Shown: positions 1 through 8,292 of the stretch, piece after piece
Layout of the letters: each line of letters starts with the position of its first letter
Position numbering within the stretch: position 1 is the first letter of the stretch
NCBI GenBank assembly: GCA_965140785.1
Contig: OZ223478.1
Location: 1-15,320 of the forward strand
Direction of reading: 5' to 3'
Length of the DNA: 15,320 bases
DNA from: an uncultured Ruficoccus sp.
GTDB taxonomy: Bacteria > Verrucomicrobiota > Verrucomicrobiia > Opitutales > Cerasicoccaceae
Made by a program: the position numbers and the translations under genes
Notes under the pieces: model-generated
Told to the model about the DNA's origin: nothing
What the model saw: only the letters and a program-made list of their open reading frames with translations
Databases searched by the model: none

Positions 1-621
1 CTCCTTGGCGGCGACTTCGGTCGTTTCGCCGTCAGCGGTGGCCGTTTCTTCAACCGTCTCGTCGAGGGCGACTTCGTCGTCGCTGATTTCACTCAAAATC
101 TGGTCCAATACCTGGTACTCGACCCGGCGCTCCCAGAGCGCGTTCGCCTCGTCCGCAGTAGCGGGCCACTCGGACTTCGAGCGGTCAGGCGCATAGGTGT
201 CCCCGGTGGTAAAATCAAACTCGCTCGTCAGGCGCTCCTGCAACCAAGCCACCCGGTCGATCACGCGGTCACGGTAGTCCTCGAAGATGACAAAGGCCGG
301 ATAAAGCCGTCCGCGGTCGAGAAACAGGTAAAGACTGGGGCCGAAACGCGACTCGTAGTCGTCCACCTCACTCTGGAGGAAAAACAGGTGCTGCGGGTCG
401 AGATCCTGAATGTAAGACTCGATGAAGCCCTTGCTGTCGAGTTCGGTCAGGGGCTGGTTGAGGTAGTGCTGGGTTTCCAGGCACTGAATGAGGTAGCGGG
501 TTTCCTCCCGCATGGTCCCGGTGGTCTCAAACGGTGCGCTGCTGATTTTCTCAGCCTGCGCGAGTCCACCTGCCGCAAGGAAAAGAAACAGGACGAGTCG
601 GAGGGAGCTGGCAAATTTCAT
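1..621 (-). CDS. prc: Carboxy-terminal processing (tail-specific) protease, S41 family; N-terminal 207 aa only, runs off the window edge
   Basis: Not in the ORF track. Manual translation from ATG 621: MKFASSLRLVLFSFLAAGGLAQAE (signal-peptide-like)...LETQHYLNQPLTELDS...YIQDLDPQHLFFLQSEV...FDFTTGDTYAPDRSKSEWPATADEANALWERRVEYQVL. This matches the HY, LDP-FL and DR-W-LW pattern of the Prc/Tsp N-terminal domain. Frame is open to base 1. Confidence 0.85.
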   Translation of the reverse strand, partial: MKFASSLRLVLFLFLAAGGLAQAEKISSAPFETTGTMREETRYLIQCLETQHYLNQPLTELDSKGFIESYIQDLDPQHLFFLQSEVDDYESRFGPSLYLFLDRGRLYPAFVIFEDYRDRVIDRVAWLQERLTSEFDFTTGDTYAPDRSKSEWPATADEANALWERRVEYQVLDQILSEISDDEVALDETVEETATADGETTEVAAKE

Positions 622-662
622 AGAGTCAGAGAGGTTGGAGGATTACCCGCGCAGAGAAAAAT

Positions 663-690
663 AGCATATCGCAGAATCGGAATTTGTCGA
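663..690 (-). promoter_or_regulatory. Putative sigma70 promoter of prc
   Basis: Minus strand TCGACA (690-685), 16 nt spacer, TATGCT (668-663), about 40 nt upstream of the ATG. Confidence 0.45.
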
Positions 691-697
691 ATGCTAT

Positions 698-3415
698 TTA
701 TATTTGCAAAAGACGGTGAAAATGGCCCCGGACACGCCGCATCCGAAGCCTCAGGTCGCGCTCGAGGGCGTCGAATTCGCCATAGCCCATCCAGCGGGCC
801 AGACAGCGACGCTCCGCCGCGCCCGTCGGCAGGCGGGCGATCCCGGTAAAATCGATACGGCGCAGGTTAAGTTCTATCATGCGGAGGAAGGCATGGTCAC
901 CGAGCAGGTCTTCGGCCACCTCTGTATCCAGACAGCCGATTTCGGCGGCGGTTCGCAGGATTTTACGTGATTGGGGCACGCGCAGGGCGGTTTTAGCGCG
1001 TCCGCAGGTCATCTGAAGCCACTGGGCGGCGAAATCGATGTCCACCAGCCCGCCCGGCCCGGCCTTGAAGGATTCCCGGGCATCTGGGGCAGCGTTGGCT
1101 TCGATTTTGGCACGCATTTTCAGGAAATCTCCGGCTTTGGGCGGCTCCCGGTCCGTGTAGAGCAGCCCGTCCCGCTGGCGTTCGAACTCCGCGAGCAGGG
1201 TCGGATCGCCCGCCACCGGGCGAAACCGGCACAACAACTGGCGTTCACAAGCTTGAGCGCCACCGGCGGCGTGATATTCCCGAAAAGCCTCTGGTGTAAC
1301 CACTAAAGGCCCGTCCGGCCCGTGCGGACGCAGCCGCTGGTCGATCTCGAACGTCCGCCCCAGCGGGGTTTTGTGCGACAACAGCTGGCCCAGGGCGCGG
1401 GCTTTTTCGGTCTGGGCGGCAAGGTTGCCCCGTCGGCCCCAGATCATGAGGTCGAGGTCGGAACCGGGCGTGAGCTCGCCGCTGCCGAATTTCCCGGCGG
1501 CGATCACGGCCAGCTCCCCGGCGGGGTCCACCTCCGCCAGCGCCGCCCCCAGCGCGGCCTCGGCCAAGTCGGTCATGCTCCGGGCCGTCTGCTCCAGCGG
1601 CAGCCCGTAGAGCAGCTCCCCCATCGCCAGACGCACCTGCTCGGCCTTGACATAGAGCCACAGCAGCCGCGGGAAGTCTTCCCCGCGCGGCAGCAGGTCA
1701 ATTTCCGCCCGCAGTTCCCCGCGGCTTTTTTGCCGCCGGGGGGCCTCGACCATCAGTTCATCCACCATCTCGGGATGCCGACAGAAAAGCGTGTGGATGA
1801 AGTTGCTGCGGTCGAAGAGCATGCAGAGGGTTTTCAACAGGCCTGGGTTGTTCGTGGAGCGGAAAAACTGCCGGCGTGAGCCATAGTGCTCGGCAAAGTC
1901 CCCCACCCGCTCCAGCGCGCGCAGGGGCCGCGCCAGCGACGGCAGGAACTTGCCCCACCGCGTCGACAGGTCCACAAATGTCCGAACCTGCTCACGGGTA
2001 ACCAGATGTTGTGCCTCGCCGAGGATAAAACGCCGCAACCGCTCCGGCACGTCCTCCTCTTCCGGAAACCACTCCTCCAGCCAGTGGCGAACGGCGGGCT
2101 CGGGCGGCGAACCGCCCAGGAAGGCGCTCCAGGCCTGCAAGACGTCCTCGTTGCGCGCAGCCGAGAAGCGATCGCTGTAGCGGGCGTGGACAAAATCCCG
2201 GTGCCGCGTCAGCTCCGCAGTAAAGGCGTCCCAATGTTCCCACCCGAGGCTCAGCGCGAGCGCTTCGCGGGTCTCCGGGTCCTCGGGCAGACGGTGGCAG
2301 GGGCTGTCAGCGCGCATTTGCAGGCGGTTCTCGACCGTTCGCAAGAAACGGTAGGCCGCAGCCAGTTTTTTGGCCTCATCCGGCTCCAGCAGATCGTAAC
2401 GGCCCAGTTGCCGCAGGGCCTCCAGCGTCGAGCCCACCTGAAGAAAAGGGTTTCGCCCGCCCTCCAGCAGTTGCAGGGCTTGCACCGGGTACTCGATCTC
2501 GCGGATGCCACCGGGGCCGGATTTGATATCGGCAGCCAGGTTCGCCTCCCCCACCACCTCGCGCTCGGTGCGGGCCTTGAGCCCGGCCACCTCGGCCAGA
2601 AGATTGCCGCTGAGGCTGCGCGGGAAACGGAAGGGGTTCAGCTCCTCCATGATCTCACCCGCCAGCCCCGGATCTCCGGCCACGGGCTGGGCTTTCAGCC
2701 AGGCCATACGCTCCCAGAGCTGGCCCTCGCTCCAGTAGTAGCCGACCAGCGAGGCGTAAGTCCTTACCAGCGGACCAGCGTCGCCCTCGGGCCGCAGCCG
2801 CAGATCGACCCGGTAGAGCTGCCCCTCCGGGGCGGTCTGGGTCAACCGGGCGGTCAGGTCGCGGAAAAACCGGTCGAAAAACTGCCGACTGTCCCAGCGG
2901 GCAGCTTTACCCTCCCGGCGGCAGGGGCCGTGCCCATCCACCCCGTAGATCAGGTCCAGGTCAGAGCAGAAATTCAGTTCGCCCCCGCCCAGCTTGCCTA
3001 TGGCGATGATGCACCAGCGGGCGGGGCGGCCCGTCTCGTCGTTGAACGGTGTCCCGTGCCGGGCTTCCAGCGCCGGGTAAAGCCAGCCGCAGAGCTTGCG
3101 CAGGCAGAACTCGGCCAGCAGCGTCATCTCGCGCAGCGAAGTCTCGACCGAGGCCCGCCCGCCGATCTCCCGGGCGGCCACCCGTAGCGAAACCCGCTGG
3201 CGCAGCCGCTGAAGGTCTCCCAGGACATCTTCCGTGCATGCCTCCGGCTCCTGCGGGCGCAAGCTGCGCCAAAGCTTTTCCAGGTCCGCCGTATCCCAGT
3301 CGCCGCCGTGCGCCAGTTCGTCCAGCAGCCAGTCCCGCTCCTGCGGAAAACGCTCCAGACGGCGGGCGAAATGCGGGGACCACTCCCGAAGCCGTTGCAG
3401 GGGCAACTCCGACAT
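698..3415 (-). CDS. glnE: Bifunctional glutamine synthetase adenylyltransferase / adenylyl-removing enzyme
   Basis: Two nucleotidyltransferase repeats: IAIGKLGGGELNFCSDLDLIY...RVDLRLRPEGDAGPLV...DIKSGPGGIREIE and IAAGKFGSGELTPGSDLDL...EIDQRLRPHGPDGPLV...FKAGPGGLVDIDF. Start set at ATG 3415 rather than TTG 3451, which coincides with a -35 box. Confidence 0.95.
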   Translation of the reverse strand: MSELPLQRLREWSPHFARRLERFPQERDWLLDELAHGGDWDTADLEKLWRSLRPQEPEACTEDVLGDLQRLRQRVSLRVAAREIGGRASVETSLREMTLLAEFCLRKLCGWLYPALEARHGTPFNDETGRPARWCIIAIGKLGGGELNFCSDLDLIYGVDGHGPCRREGKAARWDSRQFFDRFFRDLTARLTQTAPEGQLYRVDLRLRPEGDAGPLVRTYASLVGYYWSEGQLWERMAWLKAQPVAGDPGLAGEIMEELNPFRFPRSLSGNLLAEVAGLKARTEREVVGEANLAADIKSGPGGIREIEYPVQALQLLEGGRNPFLQVGSTLEALRQLGRYDLLEPDEAKKLAAAYRFLRTVENRLQMRADSPCHRLPEDPETREALALSLGWEHWDAFTAELTRHRDFVHARYSDRFSAARNEDVLQAWSAFLGGSPPEPAVRHWLEEWFPEEEDVPERLRRFILGEAQHLVTREQVRTFVDLSTRWGKFLPSLARPLRALERVGDFAEHYGSRRQFFRSTNNPGLLKTLCMLFDRSNFIHTLFCRHPEMVDELMVEAPRRQKSRGELRAEIDLLPRGEDFPRLLWLYVKAEQVRLAMGELLYGLPLEQTARSMTDLAEAALGAALAEVDPAGELAVIAAGKFGSGELTPGSDLDLMIWGRRGNLAAQTEKARALGQLLSHKTPLGRTFEIDQRLRPHGPDGPLVVTPEAFREYHAAGGAQACERQLLCRFRPVAGDPTLLAEFERQRDGLLYTDREPPKAGDFLKMRAKIEANAAPDARESFKAGPGGLVDIDFAAQWLQMTCGRAKTALRVPQSRKILRTAAEIGCLDTEVAEDLLGDHAFLRMIELNLRRIDFTGIARLPTGAAERRCLARWMGYGEFDALERDLRLRMRRVRGHFHRLLQI

Positions 3416-3422
3416 AAGGATA

Positions 3423-3451
3423 AGATTAGCAGCGCCTTTATTAGCGGGCAA
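3423..3451 (-). promoter_or_regulatory. Putative sigma70 extended -10 promoter of glnE
   Basis: Minus strand TTGCCC (3451-3446), 17 nt spacer ending TGC, TAATCT (3428-3423), then 7 nt to ATG 3415. Confidence 0.6.
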
Positions 3452-3530
3452 TCATGGACTGAGGCGAGCCGTTCGGGAGCTGCCTTGCCGCAATTCCCAG
3501 CCGGGCAATTTCCGCAGAGCGGGGGCTCCC

Positions 3531-4439
3531 CTACTTGTTTAACAGATCCTTGGCCTGGTCGAGGATGGTCCGCTCCTCCGGGGTCAGGGAGGCGAAACCC
3601 TCGTGGTTGATCTTGTCGAGGATGCGGTCCACTTCCTTGCGCAGGGCGGAGCGGTTGGTCAGGTTGAGCTTGAAGGGGCGCTTGGTGTCACCGCTGGCGG
3701 CCTTTTTCTTGCGCATCCAGGCCGGGGGCTCGATTTTGACCTTGCGCGCGGGCATCCAGGGGGCACCCATCCCGTTGAGGAAGAAGCGGTAATACAGGTA
3801 CCCCACCAGCATGCCGCCCAGGTGCGCGGACCAGCCGACCGGACCCATGTCCAGCGCGGGAGCCCGCCCGAAGGCCATCGGCACCTCGTAAAAGAGAAAA
3901 CCCGCGCCGTTGATCCCGAGGGCGATCCACAGCAGCCACTTGGGCTGGAAGGTCAGGGGAAAAACGAAAAAGATCAGCAACGTGATCGGCTGGTTCGGGT
4001 GCATGAGGCAGAACAGCACCAGCAGCCCCAGCGAAGCCGCCGAGGCCCCGATCAGAATATTGGCCTGCATCCCCAGGTGCACCAGCGCCCAGCAGATCCC
4101 GCCAGCCACGATCATCACCACGCACAGGCGCGTCAGCCGCAGGTGGCCGAGTTCGGGTAGCAGCGCCCGCCCCAGGAAAAAGATGCCCAGCCCATTGCCG
4201 AGCAGGTGCCAGAATCCGCCGTGGATAAGCGCGTAAGTCGCCAGCGTCCAAATCTTCAGGGACAGCAGGTTGCCCGCGCTCAAGGCCACCCAGTTGACCA
4301 GCATCTGCCCCTGCCCGAACCAGACGCTGAGCAGGTTTTGCAGAATAAAGCCGCCCACCAGGACGCCTAGAAACCAGTACAGATACGGGACGGCCTTGCC
4401 CGCCGGCTCCGTCCGCATGTAGGGTCGATCGTAAAGCAT
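3531..4439 (-). CDS. Rhomboid-family intramembrane serine protease with C-terminal DUF6576-like tail
   Basis: WTLATYALIHGGFWHLLGN, catalytic GASA, AHLGG and several TM segments; C-terminal EVDRILDKINHEGFASLTPEERTIL. Start at ATG 4439 (MLYDRPYMR) has GGAGG upstream. Confidence 0.92.
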   Translation of the reverse strand: MLYDRPYMRTEPAGKAVPYLYWFLGVLVGGFILQNLLSVWFGQGQMLVNWVALSAGNLLSLKIWTLATYALIHGGFWHLLGNGLGIFFLGRALLPELGHLRLTRLCVVMIVAGGICWALVHLGMQANILIGASAASLGLLVLFCLMHPNQPITLLIFFVFPLTFQPKWLLWIALGINGAGFLFYEVPMAFGRAPALDMGPVGWSAHLGGMLVGYLYYRFFLNGMGAPWMPARKVKIEPPAWMRKKKAASGDTKRPFKLNLTNRSALRKEVDRILDKINHEGFASLTPEERTILDQAKDLLNK

Positions 4440-4579
4440 TGTTCCTCCAAGACAGGCCGGTCTCAACGCTGGACAGGCCGTAAAAGCCGAAAACAGTGCC
4501 CAAAACCTCTCATCTGGCAAATATATATTCAAAACATAACTTGACTACCCGGCGGTGGAAGAAGTATTGGATGCCCCTT

Positions 4580-4819
4580 ATGGCTGATATAGGTGACAAG
4601 TGGCCCGAAAACATTTCCGGGAAATTTTATGTCGATGAGCAATGCATCGACTGCGACCTGTGCCGCGAGACGGCGCCGGATTACTTCGCCCGCAACGACG
4701 ACGGCGGTTATTCCTACGTCTATAAGCAACCTGAGTCTCAGGATGCTATTGAGCAGTGCATGGAAGCCCTCGAAGGCTGCCCGGTCGAAGCCATCGGTGA
4801 CGACGGCGACGAAGCCTAG
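4580..4819 (+). CDS. Small monocluster [4Fe-4S] ferredoxin (79 aa)
   Basis: MADIGDKWPENISGKFYVDEQCIDCDLCRETAP...EALEGCPVEAIG; CxxCxxC...CP motif and acidic composition. Confidence 0.93.
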   Translation: MADIGDKWPENISGKFYVDEQCIDCDLCRETAPDYFARNDDGGYSYVYKQPESQDAIEQCMEALEGCPVEAIGDDGDEA

Positions 4820-4903
4820 GCCTCTTTCCCCCTCTTGGCCCAGGTCTTTTTTCTACCTCATTTGGGGTAGAGTGTGATGCTCCGCATTTTTTTTGCCTCG
4901 TCC

Positions 4904-4934
4904 ACTTAACTATTTAGCTAAGTTGCCGTACAGT
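4904..4934 (+). promoter_or_regulatory. Putative promoter with overlapping palindromic operator-like site
   Basis: TTAACT (4906-4911), 17 nt, TACAGT (4929-4934), 6 nt before ATG 4941. Palindrome ACTTAACTA-TT-TAGCTAAGT (4904-4923, 8/9 match) covers the -35. Confidence 0.4.
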
Positions 4935-4940
4935 AACGGC

Positions 4941-5099
4941 ATGCCGCGCTCCAGACGGGCCAAAAAAAAGGTCGTCAAAACTAATATTCGACGTGTCGTC
5001 AAATGGCGACACCGCCCTAACTATGTCCCGTATATCATCCTGGGACTCCTCCTGCTGATCGGCGTGCTCGTCGTCCTCTTCCAGGACTACCTGCGCTGA
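4941..5099 (+). CDS. Hypothetical small membrane protein (52 aa; basic N-terminus, one C-terminal TM helix)
   Basis: MPRSRRAKKKVVKTNIRRVVKWRHRPNYVPYIILGLLLLIGVLVVLFQDYLR; many codons end in G/C and a promoter-like signal lies directly upstream. Confidence 0.65.
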   Translation: MPRSRRAKKKVVKTNIRRVVKWRHRPNYVPYIILGLLLLIGVLVVLFQDYLR

Positions 5100-5270
5100 C
5101 TCCGGCTGGAGCAGCATTGAGCGGCTCCGCCCCTGCGGCATCGCATGCCCGAACCCTTTTTAGGGGCACGAAGTGGGATAAATACACCGCAGCCGCCGTC
5201 ACGGCTATGGCATTTCTTCAGGAAATGCCATCCCGATGCGCAGCATCGAGGGTCCAGGCCTCTGCCCGGG

Positions 5271-6746
5271 TCAGGAGAAGCGCTTCCAGAGCGACGGGGT
5301 GAAGAGGACGAGCACGGCGTACAGTTCCAGGCGACCCATGATCATGAGCAGGGCCAGGAAGAGCTTGGCCGGTTCGCTGAAGTACGAGTAGTTCAGGGTC
5401 GGCCCCACCTCGTTGAAGCCCGGTCCGACATTAAAGAGACACGCCAGCATGGCCGAAAAGCCCCCTTCGAAACTGAGCTGATGCTGGAGCAGCGCCAGAA
5501 TGGGAAGCGAGGCAAAGCACACGATGCTCAGGAGCAGGACATAGTTGATCACGTTCTCCTGGTCTTCCTTGTCGAGCACGCGACCGTTCATGTAGAGTGG
5601 ACGCACGACCCGCGTGCGGAAGGCACGCTCGATCTGCTGGCGGCAGACCTTCAGCGCCACCGCGAAGCGCACGACCTTGGTCCCGCCCGCGGTGGAGCCG
5701 GAGCAGCCGCCGATGATCATCGCCGTCAACAGGAGCGTGTGGGCGACGTTGGGCCACAGTTGGTAGTCCACCGTGGTGAACCCCGTGCTGGTCATAAGCG
5801 AGACGGCCTGAAAGGTACTCTGACGGAAGGCCTCGCCGACATCGCCCACGATCCCCTCGGCCAGCAGGATCAGCGTCAAGAGCACACTGAAGACCCCCAT
5901 CGTCACGTAGTAGTAGATGAACTCGGTATTTTTAAAGACGAAGCGCATGTCGCCCTTGGCGATGCGCAGCATGACGAAGAAGCTCGTCCCCCCCAGCGCC
6001 ATAAAAATGATCACCAGCCACTCCAGCGTCGGGCTCTGAAAGGCCGCCACGCTGCTGTTATACGTACCGAATCCTCCCGTGGAGACAGTGGTAAACATGT
6101 GGCAGAGCGCGTCGTACCAGTCCATGCCACCCAAGTGATAAGCCACCGCACAGGCCGTGGACAGGCCCAGGTACATGAGCATGATCTGCATCACCCCATG
6201 CTGCACGCGACCCGAGTCAATGTCCGCCGAGTGCCCCGAGGACTCGTGGGAAAAGAGGATCTTCGCCCCCGCCCCGAGTGAAGACAGCAGCGCCACGAAG
6301 AAAACGACCACCCCCAGGCCCCCGATCCACTGGCTCAGGCAGCGCCAGAAAAGCAGGCTCGTCGGAAAACTCTCCACGTTGCTGAAGACCGTGGCCCCGG
6401 TCGTAGTCAGCCCGGAGGCCGTCTCAAAGATCGCATCGGCCAGCGTCGCCTCCTCCATGATGAGGTAAAAGGGCATCGCGCCGATCAGGCTGGCCAGAAT
6501 CCACCCCACACCGATCACGGTCAGGGCTTCCTTGCGCAGTAGCTTGTTCCCCGAGCCGCGGCCCAAGAGCATGAAGATAAGCGCTAGCGCGGCAGTGCCG
6601 GCGGTGCAGACGAGCCATTCGTCAAAAACACCGTCCTCGCGCACAGTGGTGTCGAACACCTGCCCCATCCCCAGGCAAATCAGAAAGGCCACGGCCAGCG
6701 TCGCCACAATAACACTGAGCAGTTTGCTGATAATGCGGTAATTCAT
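5271..6746 (-). CDS. trkH: Trk potassium uptake membrane subunit
   Basis: Four pore-loop motifs (SGLTTTGAT, VSTGGF, MTSTGF, FNVGPG), GGCSGSTAGGTK and MIMGRLE; start overlaps the trkA stop. Confidence 0.96.
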   Translation of the reverse strand: MNYRIISKLLSVIVATLAVAFLICLGMGQVFDTTVREDGVFDEWLVCTAGTAALALIFMLLGRGSGNKLLRKEALTVIGVGWILASLIGAMPFYLIMEEATLADAIFETASGLTTTGATVFSNVESFPTSLLFWRCLSQWIGGLGVVVFFVALLSSLGAGAKILFSHESSGHSADIDSGRVQHGVMQIMLMYLGLSTACAVAYHLGGMDWYDALCHMFTTVSTGGFGTYNSSVAAFQSPTLEWLVIIFMALGGTSFFVMLRIAKGDMRFVFKNTEFIYYYVTMGVFSVLLTLILLAEGIVGDVGEAFRQSTFQAVSLMTSTGFTTVDYQLWPNVAHTLLLTAMIIGGCSGSTAGGTKVVRFAVALKVCRQQIERAFRTRVVRPLYMNGRVLDKEDQENVINYVLLLSIVCFASLPILALLQHQLSFEGGFSAMLACLFNVGPGFNEVGPTLNYSYFSEPAKLFLALLMIMGRLELYAVLVLFTPSLWKRFS

Positions 6747-8095
6747 CAGGTCAGCATTTTCAGGAGCGGCTTGAGGCTGTCCTCACGGACAATCGCGACC
6801 AGGCGGTCACCGGGCAGGATGACGTCTTCGGCACCGGGCATTTTGGCCTGAAACTTGTGCAGCAGCACGACAATGATCGACCCGCGCGGCCAGGAAATGG
6901 AGCGGATCTTCTGGTTGACGCAGGGGCTGTCCGAGGAGACGCGCAGCTCGATGATTTTTCCGCTGCGGTCCGGCAGGGTGGCCAGCTCGGTGTAGCGGTC
7001 GAGCGTGAGGTAGCGTAGCAGCTCCTCCATCGTGGCCTTACGCGGAGCCACCGCCAGCTCCACCCCAAGGGTTTCCTTCAACTGGTCGAGCACATCCTCG
7101 TAGTCGGGCTTGTTAATGACGAGTTGCACGTGGCGGGCGCCGAGCTTGTTGGCCTGCAGGCAGGTCATGATGTTGTCCTCGTCGTCCTTGGTGCAGGCCA
7201 CAAAGTAGTCCACGCTGCCGATCTGCTCCTCCTCCATCAGCCGCAGGGAGGTGGCCGTGCCGTTGATCACAGTCACATGGGGGAAACGCTCGGCCAGGGA
7301 GCGGCACACCTTCGTATCGCTCTCGATGATGCGAATTTTGAAGCGCGGGTTCTTCAGCAGGCGCACAAGCGCGATAGCCGTCTCCGACCCGCCGAAAAGC
7401 ACGACGCGGATATTATCGCCGTACTTCTCGGGCTCGAAGTACGGGCGGATCTTCATCAGCACGTCGGTCAGGCCGAAAAGGGTCAGCAGGTCGCCGGGTT
7501 CGAGCACGGAGTCGGCGTCGGGCACCGCCGTGCTGCCCTCGCGCTGGACCATGCCGATGCGCATGCCAGCGGGCAGGTGCAGTTCCTTCAACGATTTGCC
7601 GGTATAGCGGGACTTGCGGGCGATGCGCAATTGCTGCACCTCGATCTCGCCGCGGGCGAAGTTCTCCACCGCCACGCGACCGGGATGCCGGATGGACTTG
7701 GCCAGCTCGACCGCACTGAGCGCCTCGGGGTTGAGCAGAAAGTCGATGCCGAAGTGCAACTGGTAGTTGACCAGCGAGTTGTCGCTGTAGGTCTGGTCGT
7801 GAATGCGCGCGATGGTCGAGGCCGCCCCCAGCGCCTTGGCCAGCGAACAGGCGATCAGGTTCGTGCGGTCGTCGCTGGTCATGGCCAGGAAAAAGTCGCA
7901 ATCGCTCGCCCCGGCATTCTGGAGGACCTTGGCGGAGGCTCCGTTGCCCTCGACCACCTTGACGTTGGCCGATTCGTCCACGTCCTGTGCCGTGGACTCT
8001 GACGTTTCGATTACTGTGACGTTGTGACCGACATCGCTCAGCGTCTGACTGAGAAAACGGCCCACATCGCCTGCCCCTACCACCAATATCTTCAT
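6746..8095 (-). CDS. trkA: Trk potassium uptake regulatory subunit (two RCK repeats)
   Basis: MKILVVGAGDVG Rossmann motif, AMTSDDRTNLIACSLAK, second RCK with CTKDDEDNIM; 449 aa; coupled to trkH. Confidence 0.96.
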   Translation of the reverse strand: MKILVVGAGDVGRFLSQTLSDVGHNVTVIETSESTAQDVDESANVKVVEGNGASAKVLQNAGASDCDFFLAMTSDDRTNLIACSLAKALGAASTIARIHDQTYSDNSLVNYQLHFGIDFLLNPEALSAVELAKSIRHPGRVAVENFARGEIEVQQLRIARKSRYTGKSLKELHLPAGMRIGMVQREGSTAVPDADSVLEPGDLLTLFGLTDVLMKIRPYFEPEKYGDNIRVVLFGGSETAIALVRLLKNPRFKIRIIESDTKVCRSLAERFPHVTVINGTATSLRLMEEEQIGSVDYFVACTKDDEDNIMTCLQANKLGARHVQLVINKPDYEDVLDQLKETLGVELAVAPRKATMEELLRYLTLDRYTELATLPDRSGKIIELRVSSDSPCVNQKIRSISWPRGSIIVVLLHKFQAKMPGAEDVILPGDRLVAIVREDSLKPLLKMLT

Positions 8096-8292
8096 AAGCG
8101 CGTTACCAGTGACATGCCCCTCCGGCAGTTGCGCAGGGGTGAGTAGCCCTTTCGGCGGGCATGCCCGTTATCAGCATATCCGGCCATCTTCACGTATCCC
8201 CCGCCCTAATGAAAGCTTTTTTGTTCCCCACAAGTTACATCCGGTCCCCGGATTCCATCGACAAAAGCCGGTAAATACCCCTTAATGAGGCC

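Noticed and set aside
5..849. Plus-strand ORFs 5-196 and 388-849
   Set aside because: They lie antisense to prc and glnE, which account for this region.
1886..3187. 433-aa plus-strand ORF, and similar long ORFs at 5145-6281, 7124-8002, 9716-10969, 11385-12533 and 13090-14229
   Set aside because: These are antisense shadows of well-supported genes, expected with strong GC3 codon bias, and show no recognisable motifs.
4440..4579. Longer starts for the rhomboid (4532) and ferredoxin (4496), which would make the genes overlap
   Set aside because: The extensions are AT-rich promoter-like DNA; the downstream ATGs (4439 with GGAGG, 4580) give typical N-termini.
8130..8292. Resemblance to yybP-ykoY (GGGGTGAGTAGC), c-di-AMP, fluoride or purine riboswitches
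   Set aside because: Only fragments match; the required partner motifs could not be found by eye.
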